A stretch of 64,000 nt of DNA from Squalus acanthias (lineage: Eukaryota): NCBI GenBank assembly GCA_030390025.1, contig CM059425.1, forward strand, positions 167,650,001 to 167,714,000, written 5' to 3'. Below, in pieces: positions 23,393 to 36,471 of this stretch. The notes beneath the pieces were generated by a model. The model searched no databases and was not told the DNA's origin. It was given only the letters and a program-made list of their open reading frames with translations. How positions within the stretch are numbered: the stretch's first letter is position 1; every line of letters begins with the position of its first letter. The translations under genes and the position numbers were made by a program.

Positions 23393-25593
23393 TATCATAG
23401 AATCATAGAATGGTTACAGCACGGAAGGAGGCCATTTGACCCGTTGAGCCCATGCCGGCTCTCTGCAAGAGCACTTCAGCTAGTCTCACTCCCCCACCCT
23501 TTCCCCATAGCCCTGCAAATTTTTTTCTATCAGGTACTTATCCAACTCCCTTTTGAAAGCCTAGATTGAGTCTGCCTCCACCACCCTTTCAGGCAGTGCA
23601 TTCCAGATCCTAACCACTCGCTGCGTAAAAAAGTTTTTCCTCATGTCGCCTTTGGTTCTTTTGCCAGTCACCTTAAATCTGTGTCCTCTGGTTCTCGACC
23701 CTTCTGCCAATGGGAACAGTTTCTCTCTATCTACTCTGTCCAGACCCCTCATGATTTTGAACACCTCTATCAAATCTCCTCTCACTCTTCTCTGCTCCAA
23801 GGAGAACAACACCAGCTTCTCCAGTCTATCCACGTAACTGAAGTCCCTCATCCCTGGAACCATTCTCATAAATCGTTTCTGCACCCTTTCTAAGGCCTTC
23901 ACATCCTTCCTAAAGTGCGGTGCCAAGAATTGGACACAATACTCCAGTTGAGGCCAAACCAGTGTTTTATGCAGGTTCATCATAACTTCCACACTTTTGT
24001 ACTCTATACCTCTATTTATGAAGCCCAGGATCCCATAAGCTGTTTTAACTGCTTTCTCAACCTGCCCTGCCACCTTCAACGATTTGTGCACATATAGCCC
24101 TAGGTCTCTCTGTTCATGCACCCCCTTTAGGATTGTACACTTTAGTTTATATTTCCTCTCCTCATTCTTTCTACCAAAATGTATCACTTCGCACTTTTCT
24201 GCGTTAAATTTCATCTGTCACGTATCCGCCCATTTCACCAGCCTGCTTATGTTCTCTTGAAGTCTATTACTGTCCTCCTCACTGTTCACTATACTTCCAA
24301 GTTTTGTGTCATCTTCAAATTTTGAAATTGTGCCCTGTACACCCACATCCAAGTCATTAATATATATCAAGAAAAGCAGTGGTCCTAGAACCGACCCCTG
24401 GGGAACACCACTGTATACCTTCCTCCAGTCCGAAAAACAACCGTTCACCACAACACTCTGTTTCCTGTCACTTAGCCAATTTTGTATCCATGCTGCCACT
24501 GTCCCTTTTATTCCATGGGCTTCAACTTTGCTGGGAAGCCTATTATGTGGCACTTTGTCAAGCGCTTTTTGGAAATCCATGTACACCACGTCAACCACAT
24601 TGCCCTCTCTGTTACCTCATCAAAAAACTCGATCAAGTTGGTTAAACACGATTTGCCTTTAACAAATCCGTGCTGGCTATCCTTAATTAATCCACACTTG
24701 TCCAAGTGACTGTTAATTTTGTCCCTGATTATTATTTCTAAAAGCTTCCCCACTACCGTGGTTAAACTGACTGGCCTGTAGTTGCTGGGTTTATCTTTAC
24801 ACCCTTTTTTGAACAAGGATGTAACTATTGCAATTCTCCAGTGCCCTGGCACCATGCCTGTTTCTAAGGAGGATTGGAAGATTATGGCCAGTACCTCACG
24901 ATTTCTTTCTTCACTTCCTTCAACATCCTAGGATGCATCCCATCTCTTCCTGGTGACTTATCTACTTCAAGTACAGCCAGCCTTTCTAGTACCTCCTCCT
25001 TATCAATTTTTATCCCATCCAGTATTTCCTCTACCTCCTCCTTCACTATGTCTATGGCAGCATCTTCTTCCTTGGTGAAGGTGGGGAAGAGCATAACTAG
25101 AGGCCATCAATATAAGATATTCACCAAGAAATCCAATAGGGAATTCAGAAGAAACTTCTTTACCCAAAGAGTGGTGAGAATGTGGAACTCGCTACCAGAG
25201 GGAGTGGTTGAAGCAAATAGTATAGATGCATTTAAGGGGAAGCTGGACAAGCATATGAGGGAAAAGGAAATAGAGGGATATGCTGATAGATTTAGATGAG
25301 GAAGACTGGAGGAGGCTCGTGTGGAACATAAACTGGACTGGTTGGGCCGAATGGCCTGTTTCTGTGCCGTATATCCCATGTAATCCTATGTAAAGTAATC
25401 ATTTAGTACCTCAGCCATACCCTCTGCCTCCATGCGTAGGTCTTCTTTTTGGTCCCTAGTCGGCCCCATCCCTCCTCTTACTGCCCGTTTATTATTTATA
25501 TGCCTATAGAATTACCGTTTTGGATTACCGTTTATGTTAGCTGCCATTCTATTCTCATACCCTCTCTCTGCCCTCTTATTTTCTTCTTCACTT
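23393..25593 (-). mobile_element. CR1 LINE (outer copy), 3' part; continues at 34891
   Basis: Frameshifted RT ORFs 23561-25094; (TTCTATGA)n tail; sequence joins 34891 across TSD CACTT. Confidence 0.9.
25081..25392 (+). mobile_element. Short CR1 3' end inserted antisense into CR1
   Basis: TRGHQYK...RNFFTQRVVRMWNSLP and an (ATCCTATGTA)-type tail; no TSD, small target deletion. Confidence 0.85.
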
Positions 25594-28500
25594 AACATAG
25601 AGTCATAACGGCACAGAAGGAGGCCATTCGGCCCATCGAGTCCATGCCAGTTCTCTGTAGAGCAATCCAGTCAGTCCCATTCCCCCCCTCTATCCCCATA
25701 GCCCAGCAAGTTTATTTCCCTCAAGTGCCTATCCAGTCTCCCTTTGAAAACATTGAGTGTCTCCGCTTACACCACTTCCATCGGCAGCGAGTTCCAGGTC
25801 CTCACCACTTGCTGCGTAAAAAAGATTTTCCTCACGTCCCCCCTGTATCTCTTGCTCAAAACCTTAAATCTGTGTCCCCGAGTCCTTGTACCATCAACTA
25901 GTGGGAACAGCCTTTCCCCATCTAGCCTATCCAAACCCGTCATAATCTTGTACACCTCTATCAAATCACCCATCAACCTCCTTTGCTCTAATGAAAACAA
26001 ATCCAGCTTGTCCAACCTGTCCTTGCATCTAAGATACCCCATCCCCGGAACCATTCTGGTAAATCTCCTCTGCACCCTCTCAAGGGCCTTCACATCCTTC
26101 CTAAAGTGTGGTGACCAGAACTGAACGCAATACTCCAGTTGTGGCCTAACCAGCACTTTATAAAGGTTCAGCATAGCTTCTCTACTTTTGTACTCAATAC
26201 CTCTATTTATGAAGCCTAAGAACCCATATGCTTTGCTAACCACTCTCTCAATATGTCCTGCCACCTTCAGGAACCTATGCACATTAACTCCCAGGTCCCT
26301 CTGTCCCTGCACATTCTTTAAAACGATGTCATTAAGTGTATATTGCCTCTCCCTGTTCCCTCTGCCAAAATGAATTACCTCACACTTCTCTGTATTAAAT
26401 TCCATCTGCCACTTATCTGCCCATTCTACTAGCCTTTCCATGTGCTGTTGCAGTCGATTGGTATCATCACCACTGTTTGCCACACCCCCAAGTTTGGTGT
26501 CATAGAACATAGAACATAGAACAGTACAGCACAGTACAGGCCCTTCGGCCCTCGATGTTGTGCCGAGCATTGTCCGAGACCAAGATCAAGCTATCACACT
26601 CCCTATCACTCTGGTGTGCTCCATGTGCTTATCCAATAACCGCTTGAAAGTTCCTAAAGTGTCCGACTCCACTATCACAGCAGGCAGTCCATTCCACACC
26701 CCAACCACTCTCTGAGTAAAGAATCTACCTCGGACATCCCTTCTATATCTCCCCCCATGCACCTTATAGTTATGCCCCCTTGTAACAGCTGCCTCTACCC
26801 GAGGAAATAGTCTCTGAACATCCACTCTATCTATCCCCCTCATCATCTTATAAACCTCTATTAAGTCGCCTCTCATCCTCCTCCGCTCTAAAGAGAAAAG
26901 CCCCAACTCCCTCAATCTTTCCTCATAAGACCTCCCCCCCAAACCAGGCAGCATCCTGGTAAATCTCCTTTGCACTCTTTCCAATGCTTTCACGTCCTTC
27001 CTATAGTGAGGTGACCAGAACTGCACACAATATTCCAAATGTGGTCTCACCAAGGTCCTGTACAGTTGCAGCATAACCTCACGGTTCTTAAACTCAAACC
27101 CTCTGTTAATAAACGCCAACACACCATAGGCCTTCTTTACTGCTCTATCCACTTGAGTGACAACCTTCAGAGATCTGTGGATATGAACCCCCAGATCCCT
27201 CTGCTCCTCCACGTTCCTCAGAACCCTGCCGTTGACCCTGTAATCCTTATTCAAATTTGCCCTACCAAAATGAATCACCTCGCACTTATCAGGGTTAAAT
27301 TCCATCTGCCATTTTTCGGCCCAGCTCTGCATCCTATCAATGTCTCTTTGCAGCCTACAACTGCCCTCCACCTCATCCACTACTCCACCAATCTTGGTGT
27401 CATCAGCAAATTTACTGATCCACCCTTCAGTCCCCTCCTCCAAGTCATTGATAAAAATCACAAACAGCAGAGGACCCAGCACCGACCCCTGTGGCACACC
27501 GCTGGTAACTGGTCTCCAGTCCGAAAATGTTCCATCCACCACCACCCTCTGCCTTCTATGAGATAGCCAGTTACTTATCCAATCGGCCAAATTTCCCTCT
27601 ATCCCACAACTCCTTACTTTCTTCATGAGACGACCATGGGGAACCTTATCAAACGCCTTACTAAAATCCATGTATACGACATCAACTGCTCTACCTTCAT
27701 CTACACACTTAGTTACCTCCTCAAAGAATTCAATCAAATTTGTTAGGCAAGACTTACCCTTCACGAATCCGTGTTGACTATCCCTGATTAAGTTGCCCCT
27801 TTCCAAATGGTCATAAATCCTATCCCTCAGGACCTTTTCCATTATCTTACCAACCACCGAAGTAAGACTAACCGGCCTATAATTACCAGGGTCATTCCTA
27901 TTTCCTTTCTTGAAGAGAGGAACAACATTCGCCACTCTCCAGTCCTCTGGCACCATCCCCGTGGACAGTGAGGACCCAAAGATCAAAGCCAGAGGCTCTG
28001 CAATCTCCTCCCTTGCCTCCCAAAGAATCCTAGGATATATCCCATCTGGCCCAGGGGACTTATCGACCCTCAGGTTCTTCAAAATTGCTAAAACATCTTC
28101 CCTCAGAACATCTACCACCTCCAGCCTATCCACCTTTATCACACTCTCATCCTCAAGAACATGGCCCCTCTCCTCGGTGAACACTGACAAAAAGTATTCA
28201 TTCATCACCTCTCCTATCTCTTCTAACTCCATGCACAAGTTCCCACTACTGTCCTTGACCGGCCCTACCCTCACCCTGGTCATTCTTTTATTTCTCACAT
28301 AAGAGTAAAAAGCCTTGGGGTTTTTCTTGATCCGACCCGCCAAGGACTTCTCATGCCCCCTCCTAGCTCTCCTAAGCCCTTTTTTTAGCTCATTTCTTGC
28401 TACCTTGTACCCCTCAATCGACCCAACTGAACCTTGTTTTCTCATCCTTACATACGCTTCCTTTTTCCTCTTGACTAGACATTCAACCTCTTTTGTGAAC

Positions 28501-29080
28501 CATGGTTCTCTCACTCGGCCATTTCCTCCCTGCCTGACAGGGACATACCTATCAAGGACACGCAGTAATTGCTCCATGAAAAAGCTCCACTTTTCGTTTG
28601 TGCCTTTCCCTGATAGTTTCTGTTCCCATCTTATACTCCCTAATTCTTGCCTAATCGCATCATAATTACCCCTCCCCCAATTATAAACCCTGCCCTGCCG
28701 TATGGCCCTATCCCTCTCCATTGCAATAGTGAAAGTTACCGAATTGTGGTCACTATCTCCAAAGTGCTCTCCCACATACAAATCAAACACTTGGCCCGGT
28801 TCATTACCCAGTACCAAATCCAACGTGGCCCCACCTCTTGTCGGCCTATCCACATATTGTGTCAGGAAACCCTCCTGCACACACTGTGCAAAAACTATCC
28901 CATCCGAACTGTTTGACCTATAAAGGTTCCAATCAATATTTGGAAAGTTGAAGTCACCCATGACAACTACTCTGTGACCTCCACACCTATTCATAATCTG
29001 CTTTGCAATTTCTTCCTCCACATCTTTATTACTGAGAAGTCGCACAACACCAGGTTATAGTCCAACAGATTTATTTAATT

Positions 29081-29118
29081 TTACAAGCTTTCGGAGCTAT
29101 CGCTCCTTCGTCAGGTAA
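29081..29118 (-). ncRNA. Minimal hammerhead ribozyme motif
   Basis: UUAC-CUGACGA-A-GGAGC(GAUA)GCUCC-GAAA-GC-UU-GUAA. Confidence 0.85.
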
Positions 29119-29952
29119 GTTAGCAATGAGAGAATCTCCCAGAATTCACAATTTAAACCCAGACAAAATCTATTCACATTATTCGCTACAACAAAGAGCA
29201 CAGCCAAGACAATGAGATGTGTCCCAGGGGGTCCAGCATGTCAAACCACCTGCTGGCTGCATATCCTGTCAATTTGTGTTCTTGTGTTTTTAAAAAAAAA
29301 CAAAACAAAAAAAAAAAACACCTGGGAAGACCGGCCATGATGTCAAGTCACGTTCTGTATCGTGACATGAACCCGATATCGCGATTGAGGCCATCCTCAT
29401 GAGTGCGGAACTTGGCTATCAGTTTCTGCTCTATGATTTTGCGCTGTCGTGTATCTCGAAGGCCGCCTTGGAGAACGCTTACCCGCAGATCCGAGGCTGA
29501 ATGCCCCTGGCTGCTGAAGTGTTCCCCTCCCAGTCGGGGAACACTTCAGCAGCCAGGGGCATTCAGCCTCGGATCTGCGGGTAAGCGTTCTCCAAGGCGG
29601 CCTTCGAGATACACGACAGCGCAAAATCATAGAGCAGAAACTGATAGCCAAGTTCCGCACTCATGAGGACGGCCTCAATCGTGATATCGGGTTCATGTCA
29701 CGATACAGAACGTGACTTGACATCATGGCCGGTCTTCCCAGGTGTTTTTTTTTTTTTGTTTTTTTGTTTTTGTTTTTTTAAAAACACAAGAACACAAATT
29801 GACAGGATATGCAGCCAGCAGGTGGTTTGACATGCTGGACCCCCTGGGACACATCTCATTGTCTTGGCTGTGCTCTTTGTTGTAGCGAATAATGTGAATA
29901 GATTTTGTCTGGGTTTAAATTGTGAATTCTGGGAGATTCTCTCATTGCTAAC

Positions 29953-29990
29953 TTACCTGACGAAGGAGCGATAGCTCCGAAAGCTTGTAA
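29953..29990 (+). ncRNA. Minimal hammerhead ribozyme motif
   Basis: UUAC-CUGACGA-A-GGAGC(GAUA)GCUCC-GAAA-GC-UU-GUAA. Confidence 0.85.
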
Positions 29991-30197
29991 AATTAAATAA
30001 ATCTGTTGGACTATAACCTGGTGTTGTGCGACTTCTCATTTTTGTCCACCCCAGTCCAACGCCAGCATCTCCACATCATGATCTTTATTACTATTTGGGG
30101 GCCTGTAGAAAACTCCTAACAACGTGACCGCTCCTTTCCTATTTCTAACTTCAGCCCATATTACCTCAGACGGCAGATCCCTCTCGAACTGCCTTTC

Positions 30198-30551
30198 AAA
30201 CACTTGGCCCGGTTCATTACCCAGTACCAAATCCAACGTGGCCCCACCTCTTGTCGGCCTATCCACATATTGTGTCAGGAAACCCTCCTGCACACACTGT
30301 GCAAAAACTATCCCATCCGAACTGTTTGACCTATAAAGGTTCCAATCAATATTTGGAAAGTTGAAGTCACCCATGACAACTACTCTGTGACCTCCACACC
30401 TATTCATAATCTGCTTTGCAATTTCTTCCTCCACATCTTTATTACTATTTGGGGGCCTGTAGAAAACTCCTAACAACGTGACCGCTCCTTTCCTATTTCT
30501 AACTTCAGCCCATATTACCTCAGACGGCAGATCCCTCTCGAACTGCCTTTC
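30198..30551. repeat. 354-bp in-frame tandem duplication in the CR1 endonuclease (uninterrupted unit)
   Basis: Repeats 28785-29033 plus 30093-30197; TC microhomology at the junction; protein reads GQVF|ERQFERDLP. Confidence 0.9.
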
Positions 30552-30895
30552 TGCCGCTGTTAAACTATCCTTGATTAACAATGCTACTCCTCCACCTTTC
30601 TTACCAACTTCCCTACTCTTACTGAAACATCTATACCCCGGAACTTCCAACAACCATTCCTGTCCCTGTTCTAACCATGTCTCCGTAATGGCCACCACAT
30701 CGTAGTCCCAAGTACCAATCCACGCACCAAGTTCTCCTACCTTATTCCAGATGCTCCTTGCATTGAAGTAGACACACTTCAAGCCATCTTCCTGTCTGCC
30801 GGTACATTCCTGCGACCTTAATACCCTCCTCAGTACCTCCCTACACTCACCACTGGCTCGTGGACTACAGCCCTTTTTCCCATCCCCCTGACAAA

Positions 30896-31440
30896 TTAGT
30901 TTAAACCCCCCCGAAGAGCCGTTGCAAATTTCCCTCCCAGGATATTGGTGCCCCTCTGGTTCAGGTGCAAACCGTCCTGTTTGTACAGGTCCCACCTTCC
31001 CCAGAATGTGCTCCAATTATCCACATAACTGAAACCCTCCCCCCTACACCATCCCTGCAGCCACGTGTTTATCTGCACTCTCTCCCTGTTCCTCAACTCG
31101 CTAGCACGTGGCACCGGCAACAAACCAGAAATTACAACATGGTTTGTACTGGCTCTCAGCTTCCAACCTAGCTCCCTAAATTCCTGTTTTAAATCCCCGT
31201 CCCTTCTCCTACCTATGTCGTTGGTACCGATGTGTACCACGACTTGTGATTGTTCCCCTTCCCCTTTGAGGATTCTGAAAACACGGTCCGAGACGTCACG
31301 GACCCTGGCACCCGGGAGGCAACATACCATCCGTGAGTCTCTTTTGCTGCCACAGAACCTCCTATCTGTCCCTCTGACTATTGAGTCCCCAATAACTATT
31401 GCTCTCCTGCTCTCCCCCCTTCCCTTCTGAGCCACAGGGA
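30896..31440 (-). pseudogene. CR1 ORF1 SGNH/GDSL esterase domain
   Basis: IVIGDSIVRG, CLPGA, VHIGTND and DGLHLN motifs. Confidence 0.9.
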
Positions 31441-32196
31441 CATTGGAAAATTTAGAAATTCTATTCTGTATTCCAAAAAAAGCAGTGGCCCCAGCACTGA
31501 CCCTTGGGGAACACCACTGTCTACATCCTGCAGTCTGAAAAACAGCCATTTACCACAACTCGCTGTTTTCTGTCCTTAAGCCAATTCCTTATTCAAGCTG
31601 CCACTGACCCACCTACTCCATGAGCGTCAATTTTGTTAACCAGCCTTCTATGTGGTACTTTGTCAAACACCTTCCGAAAATGCATGTAGACAACGTCCAT
31701 TGCATTCCCTTCATCAATCCTCTCTGTTACTTCATCAAAAAATTCAATTAGATTAGTCAAACACGATCTGCCTTTTACAAATCTGTGTTGGCTCTCCTTA
31801 ATTAGCTTAAACCTCTCCAAGTGCCTGTTAATTTTTTCCTTGATTATTGTTTCTAAAACTTTACCCACCACTGATGTTAAACTGTAGTTACTAGGATTAT
31901 CCTTACACCTTTCTTGAACAATGGTGTCACATTTGCCACTTTCCAATCCTCAGGCACCTCCCCCACATCTAGGGAAGATTGGAAAATTATGGCAAGCCCT
32001 TCCGCTATCTCCTCCCCCAATTCCCTTAGCAACCTTGGATGCAAGCCATCTGGACCAGGCGACTTATCCACTCTAAGCATACCCAGCCTTTCAAGTACAT
32101 CCTGTCTAACAATTTTCACCCCTTCCATTGCTTCTACCTTTTCCACTTCTACCGATATTTTGTCAGCATCCACCTCCTTAGTAAACACCGATACAA

Positions 32197-32421
32197 AGTT
32201 CTGGCGAATATTTATCCCTCAACCAACATAACAAAAACAGATTATCTGATCATTATCACAATGCTGTTTGTGAGACCTTGCTGTGCGCATATTAGCTGCC
32301 TGTGTTTCCCACATTACAACAGTGACTCCACTTCAAAAGTACTTCATTGGCTGTAAAGCAGCTTTGAGACGTCCGGTGGTCGTGAAAGGCGCTATATAAA
32401 TGCAAGTCTTTCTTTCTTTTC
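32197..32421 (+). mobile_element. 5'-truncated Deu-domain SINE in CR1
   Basis: Homologous to 22535-22755, with a (TCTT)n tail. Confidence 0.8.
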
Positions 32422-34890
32422 TCATTGAGTATTCTAGCCTTGCCCTGCACCTCTAAGCATATATCACCTTCTTTGTCCCTAATAGGCCCCACCCCGCCTC
32501 TTACTACCTACTTACTGTTTACATGCCGGTAGAAGATTTTTGGTTTCCCTTTTATGTTAACCGCCATTCTACTCTCATATTCTCTCTTTGCCAATCTTAT
32601 TTTCATCTTCACTTCCCCTCTCAACTTATTGTATTTGGTCTGGTTCTCCCTTGAAGAATTCACCTGACATTCATCATACACCCTCTTTTTCTGTTTCATC
32701 ATCTCTCAATCTCCCTCGTCATCCAAGGAGCCCTTGCTTTGGTTCCCTTACCCTTCCCTCTTGTTGGAATGTACCTAGCTTGTACTTGGAACATCTCCTC
32801 CTTAAAGATCATCCATTGTTCCATTACAGTTTTTCCTGTCAGTCTTTGGTTCCATTTTACCCTGGCTAGATCCTTTTGCATCCTATTGAAGTTAGCCCTA
32901 TTCCAGTTTAGAAGTTCCACTCTAGATTGTTCCTTGCTCCTCTCCATTGCTAATCAAAATCTTATAATACGATGATCACTCGTACCCAAGAGTTCTCCCA
33001 CAGACACTTAGTCGACCTGGCTCACCTCATTCCCCAGCACCAGATCCAGTAATGCCTCCTTCCTAGTTGGGCCAAGAACATACTGGTCAAGGAAATTCTC
33101 CTGAACACATTTCAGAAATTCCTCCCCCTCCTTTCCCTTTACCCTAGCATTATCCCAATCGATATTTGGGTAACTAAAGTCCCCCAATATCACCACTCTA
33201 TAGCTCTTGCATATCTCTGCGATTTCCCTGCAGATTTGCTCCTCTACCTCCCTCTCACTATTTGGAGGCCTATAGAATACCCCCAAAAGCGTGATCATAC
33301 CCTTTTTGCTCCTCAACTCTAACCAATTGGATTCTGTCCTTGTCCCCTCAAGAACATCCTCCCTTTCCAACACTACAATGTCTTCCTTAATCAGCTCTGC
33401 CACCCCACCTCACTTTTTCCCTTCCCTATCTTTTCTGAACACCTTGTACACTTGAATATTATGTGCTCAGTCCTCACCGTTTTTAAGCCATGTTTCCGTT
33501 ATTGCCACAACATCATATTGCCACAAGGCTAATTGTGCTTGTAGCTCACCAACCTTATTCACCACACTTTGTGTGTTTACATATAATGTATTCTAAACCC
33601 ATTTTTGAATTTTTCATAGTCTTTCTTAGTCTGCTCCTATCTAATAAGGTACTACTTCCGCCTCTAGTACTATTTCCTTCTCTAGTACTATCCAACATAC
33701 TCACTCTTTTATGCACCTTATTCCTCTTTTCTACTCCTATATGCTGGTGCCCATCCCCCTGCCAAGCTAGTTTAAACCCTCCCCAACAGCACTAGCAAAC
33801 CTCCCCGCGAGAATATTGGTCCCGGCTCTGTTGAGGTGTAACCCGTCTGGATTGTACAGGTCCCACCTTCCCCAGAAATGGTCCCAATGCCTCATGATTC
33901 TAAAGCCCTCCCTCTTGCACCATCTCTCCAGCCACGCATTCATCTGTTCTATCCTCCTATTCCTGTACTCACTAGCACGTGGCACCGGGAGTAATCCGGA
34001 GATTACTACCTTTGAGGTCCTGCTTTTTAATCTCTTTCCAGCTCCCTATAGTCATCCCTCTTTCTGCCTATGTCGTTGGTACCAATATGGACAACGACCT
34101 CTGGCTGTTCACCCTCCCCCCTCAGAGTGTCCTGCAGCCGCTCAGTGACATCCTTGACCCTGGCACCAGGGAGGCAACATACCATCCTGGAGTCACGCCT
34201 GCGTCCACAGAAACGCCTATTTGTTCCCCTAACTAATTAATCCCCTATCACTATTGCTCTTCCACTCTTCTTCCTCCCTCCTGTGCAGCTGAGCCACTCG
34301 TGGTGCTGTGGACTTGGATCTGGCTGCTCTCCCCAGAGGAACCAACACCCCCACCAGTTTCTAGAACTGTGAACCGGTTAGCAAGCAAGATGCACTCTTG
34401 GGACCGGTTAGCAAGCAAGATGCACTCTTGGGATTCCTGCCCTGCCTGCCTGGTCCTCCTTCTCTGTCTGGTGGTCACCCATTCCCTCTCTGCCTGCACA
34501 TTCTGAGGCTGCAGGATGACCACTTCTAGAAACGTGCTTTCCAAGTATTTCTCAGCCTCGCGGATGTACTGTAGTGACTCCAGCTGCCGCTCAAGCTCCG
34601 AAACCCGGAGCTCGAGTTGCTGCAGTTAGCGACACTTCCTGCACACGTGGTCATCCAGGCCGCAAGAAGCTTCCAGGATTTCCCACATGGCACAGGATGT
34701 GCAAATCACGGGACTGAGCTGCCCTGCCATGCCTCTATTTACCAGACTATGGAGGTAATTTAGCAGAAATAAACTTAAAACTTAACAAGAAACACGCAAC
34801 AGCTACCCACCAATTAGCACTTCCCTCTATTAGATAGGCAATGAACTACTTAGCAGAAATATACTCAAAACAGAACAAAAACAAACTTAC

Positions 34891-36470
34891 CACTTCTCCT
34901 CTGAACTTTCTATATTTAGCCTGATTCTCAGATGTATTCTCGACCGGACATCTGTCATGCACGCTCTTTTTCTGCTTCATCATACTCTCTATCTTTTTCA
35001 TCATCCAGGGAGCTCTGACTTTAGTTGCCCTACCTTTCCCCCTAGTGGGAATGTACCTCGACTGTACCCGAACTATTCCCTCTTTAAAGGCAGCCCATTG
35101 TTCTATTACAGTTTTGCCTGCCAATCTTTGATTCCAATTTACCAGGACCAGATCCGTTCTCATCCCATTGAAATTGGCTTTCCTCCAATTAAGTATTTTT
35201 ACTCGAGATTGCTCCCTGTCCTTTTCCATAGCTAATCTAAACCTTATGATACTATGATCGCTGTTCCCTAAATGTTCGCCTACTGACACTTGCTCCACTT
35301 GACCTGCCTCATTCCCCAGAACCAGATCCAGCAATGCCTCCTTCCTCATTGGGCCGGAAACATACTGATCAAGAAAGTTCTCCTGAACACACTTCAGAAA
35401 TTCTTCACCTTCTCTGCCCTTTACACTATTATGATCCCAGTCTAGATTAGGATAGTTGAAGTCCCCCATTATCACTACTCTATGGTTTTTGCATCTCTCT
35501 GTAATTTCTCTGCAAATTTGCTCCTTCATATTTTTCCCACTAGTTGGCGGCCTATAGAATACACCTAGTAGTGTAATGGCATCTCTGTTATTTCTTAACT
35601 CTAGGCATATAGATTCTGTCCTTGACCCCTCCAGGACATCCTCTCTCTCCAGCACTGTAACATTCTCCTTAACCAATACTGCCACACCACCTCCTTTCTT
35701 TCCTTCCCTATCTTTCCTGAACACCTTATATCCAGGAATATTTAATAGCCAATCCTGCCCTTTTTTGAGCCAGGTCTCCGTTATTGCCATGACATCATAT
35801 TCCCATGTGGCTATTTGCGTCTGCAGCTCACCAACCTTGTTTACTATGCTTCGTGCGTTCACATACATGCACTGTAAACCCATCTTAGACCATCCTGTGT
35901 TCTCTCTTAGTCTGACCCCACCTAACACCTTACTATTTCTTACTTTAGTGCTATCTGTCTCTCCCAATCCTTTGTGCCCTTTGTTTCTCCTTTCTAATGC
36001 TACATCCTGGAGCCCATCCCCCTGCCAACTTAGTTTAAACCTTCCCCAACAGCACTAGCAAACCTCCGTGAGGATATTGGTACTGGCTCTGTTGAGATGC
36101 AACCCGTTCGGCCCACAGATGACTCCTGCACTACCTGCCTTGTCCTCCTAGTCTGTCTGATGGTCACCCATTCCCTCTCTGCCTGCAAACTCTTATGCTG
36201 CGGTGTGACCACATCCTGAAACGTGCTATCCACGTAGCTCTCAGCCTCGCGGATGCACCGCAGTGATGCCAGCTGCTGCTCAAGCTCCGAAACCCGGAGC
36301 TCGAGCTCCTCCAGCTGACGACACCTCCTGCACACGTGGTTCTCCAGGACTTGGGAAGCGTCCTCGATTTCCCACATGGCACAAGATGTGCATTCCACGG
36401 GAGTGAGGTGCCATGCCATGTCTCTATTTAATAGGCTATTAACTAACTTACAGAAATAAACTTAAGACTT
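34891..36470 (-). mobile_element. CR1 LINE (outer copy), 5' part: APE domain and internally deleted ORF1
   Basis: ORF 34846-35967 has APE motifs; ORF 36030-36419 has a CTSC..HVCRRC zinc finger fused to the esterase end. Confidence 0.9.
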
Positions 36471-36471
36471 A

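Larger units (their letters stand above)
29034..30080 (+). mobile_element. PLE A (second subfamily) ~1-kb palindromic insertion
   Basis: Arms 29033-29527 and 29536-30038, 8-nt loop, 42-nt tail; TSD ATCTTTATTACT (29022-29033, 30081-30092); encodes the GIY-YIG C-terminus ...GLNRDIGFMSRYRT*. Confidence 0.95.
26586..30800 (-). pseudogene. CR1 ORF2 (APE endonuclease plus reverse transcriptase), disrupted by PLE at 29034-30080
   Basis: YFNARS, AITETW, GDFN, LDL, SDH, QHGF, GVPQGS and FADD motifs in ORFs 30036-31016 and 26586-29045. Confidence 0.95.
26501..31440 (-). mobile_element. Young CR1 LINE (inner copy), 5'-truncated within ORF1
   Basis: (TTCTATG)n tail at 26501; ORF2 open except for the PLE insertion and an in-frame duplication. 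Confidence 0.95.
25594..34890 (-). mobile_element. CR1 LINE (middle copy), near full length and decayed; ORF1 starts near 34729
   Basis: ORF1 MAGQLSPVICTSCAMWE..HVCRKC (zinc finger/leucine zipper) plus esterase; APE and RT fragments; TSD CACTT (25589, 34891); interrupted at 26501-31440. Confidence 0.85.

Noticed and set aside
34373..34432. 30-bp direct repeat as CRISPR-like
   Set aside because: Two adjacent units with no spacer inside CR1 ORF1, in a eukaryotic context.
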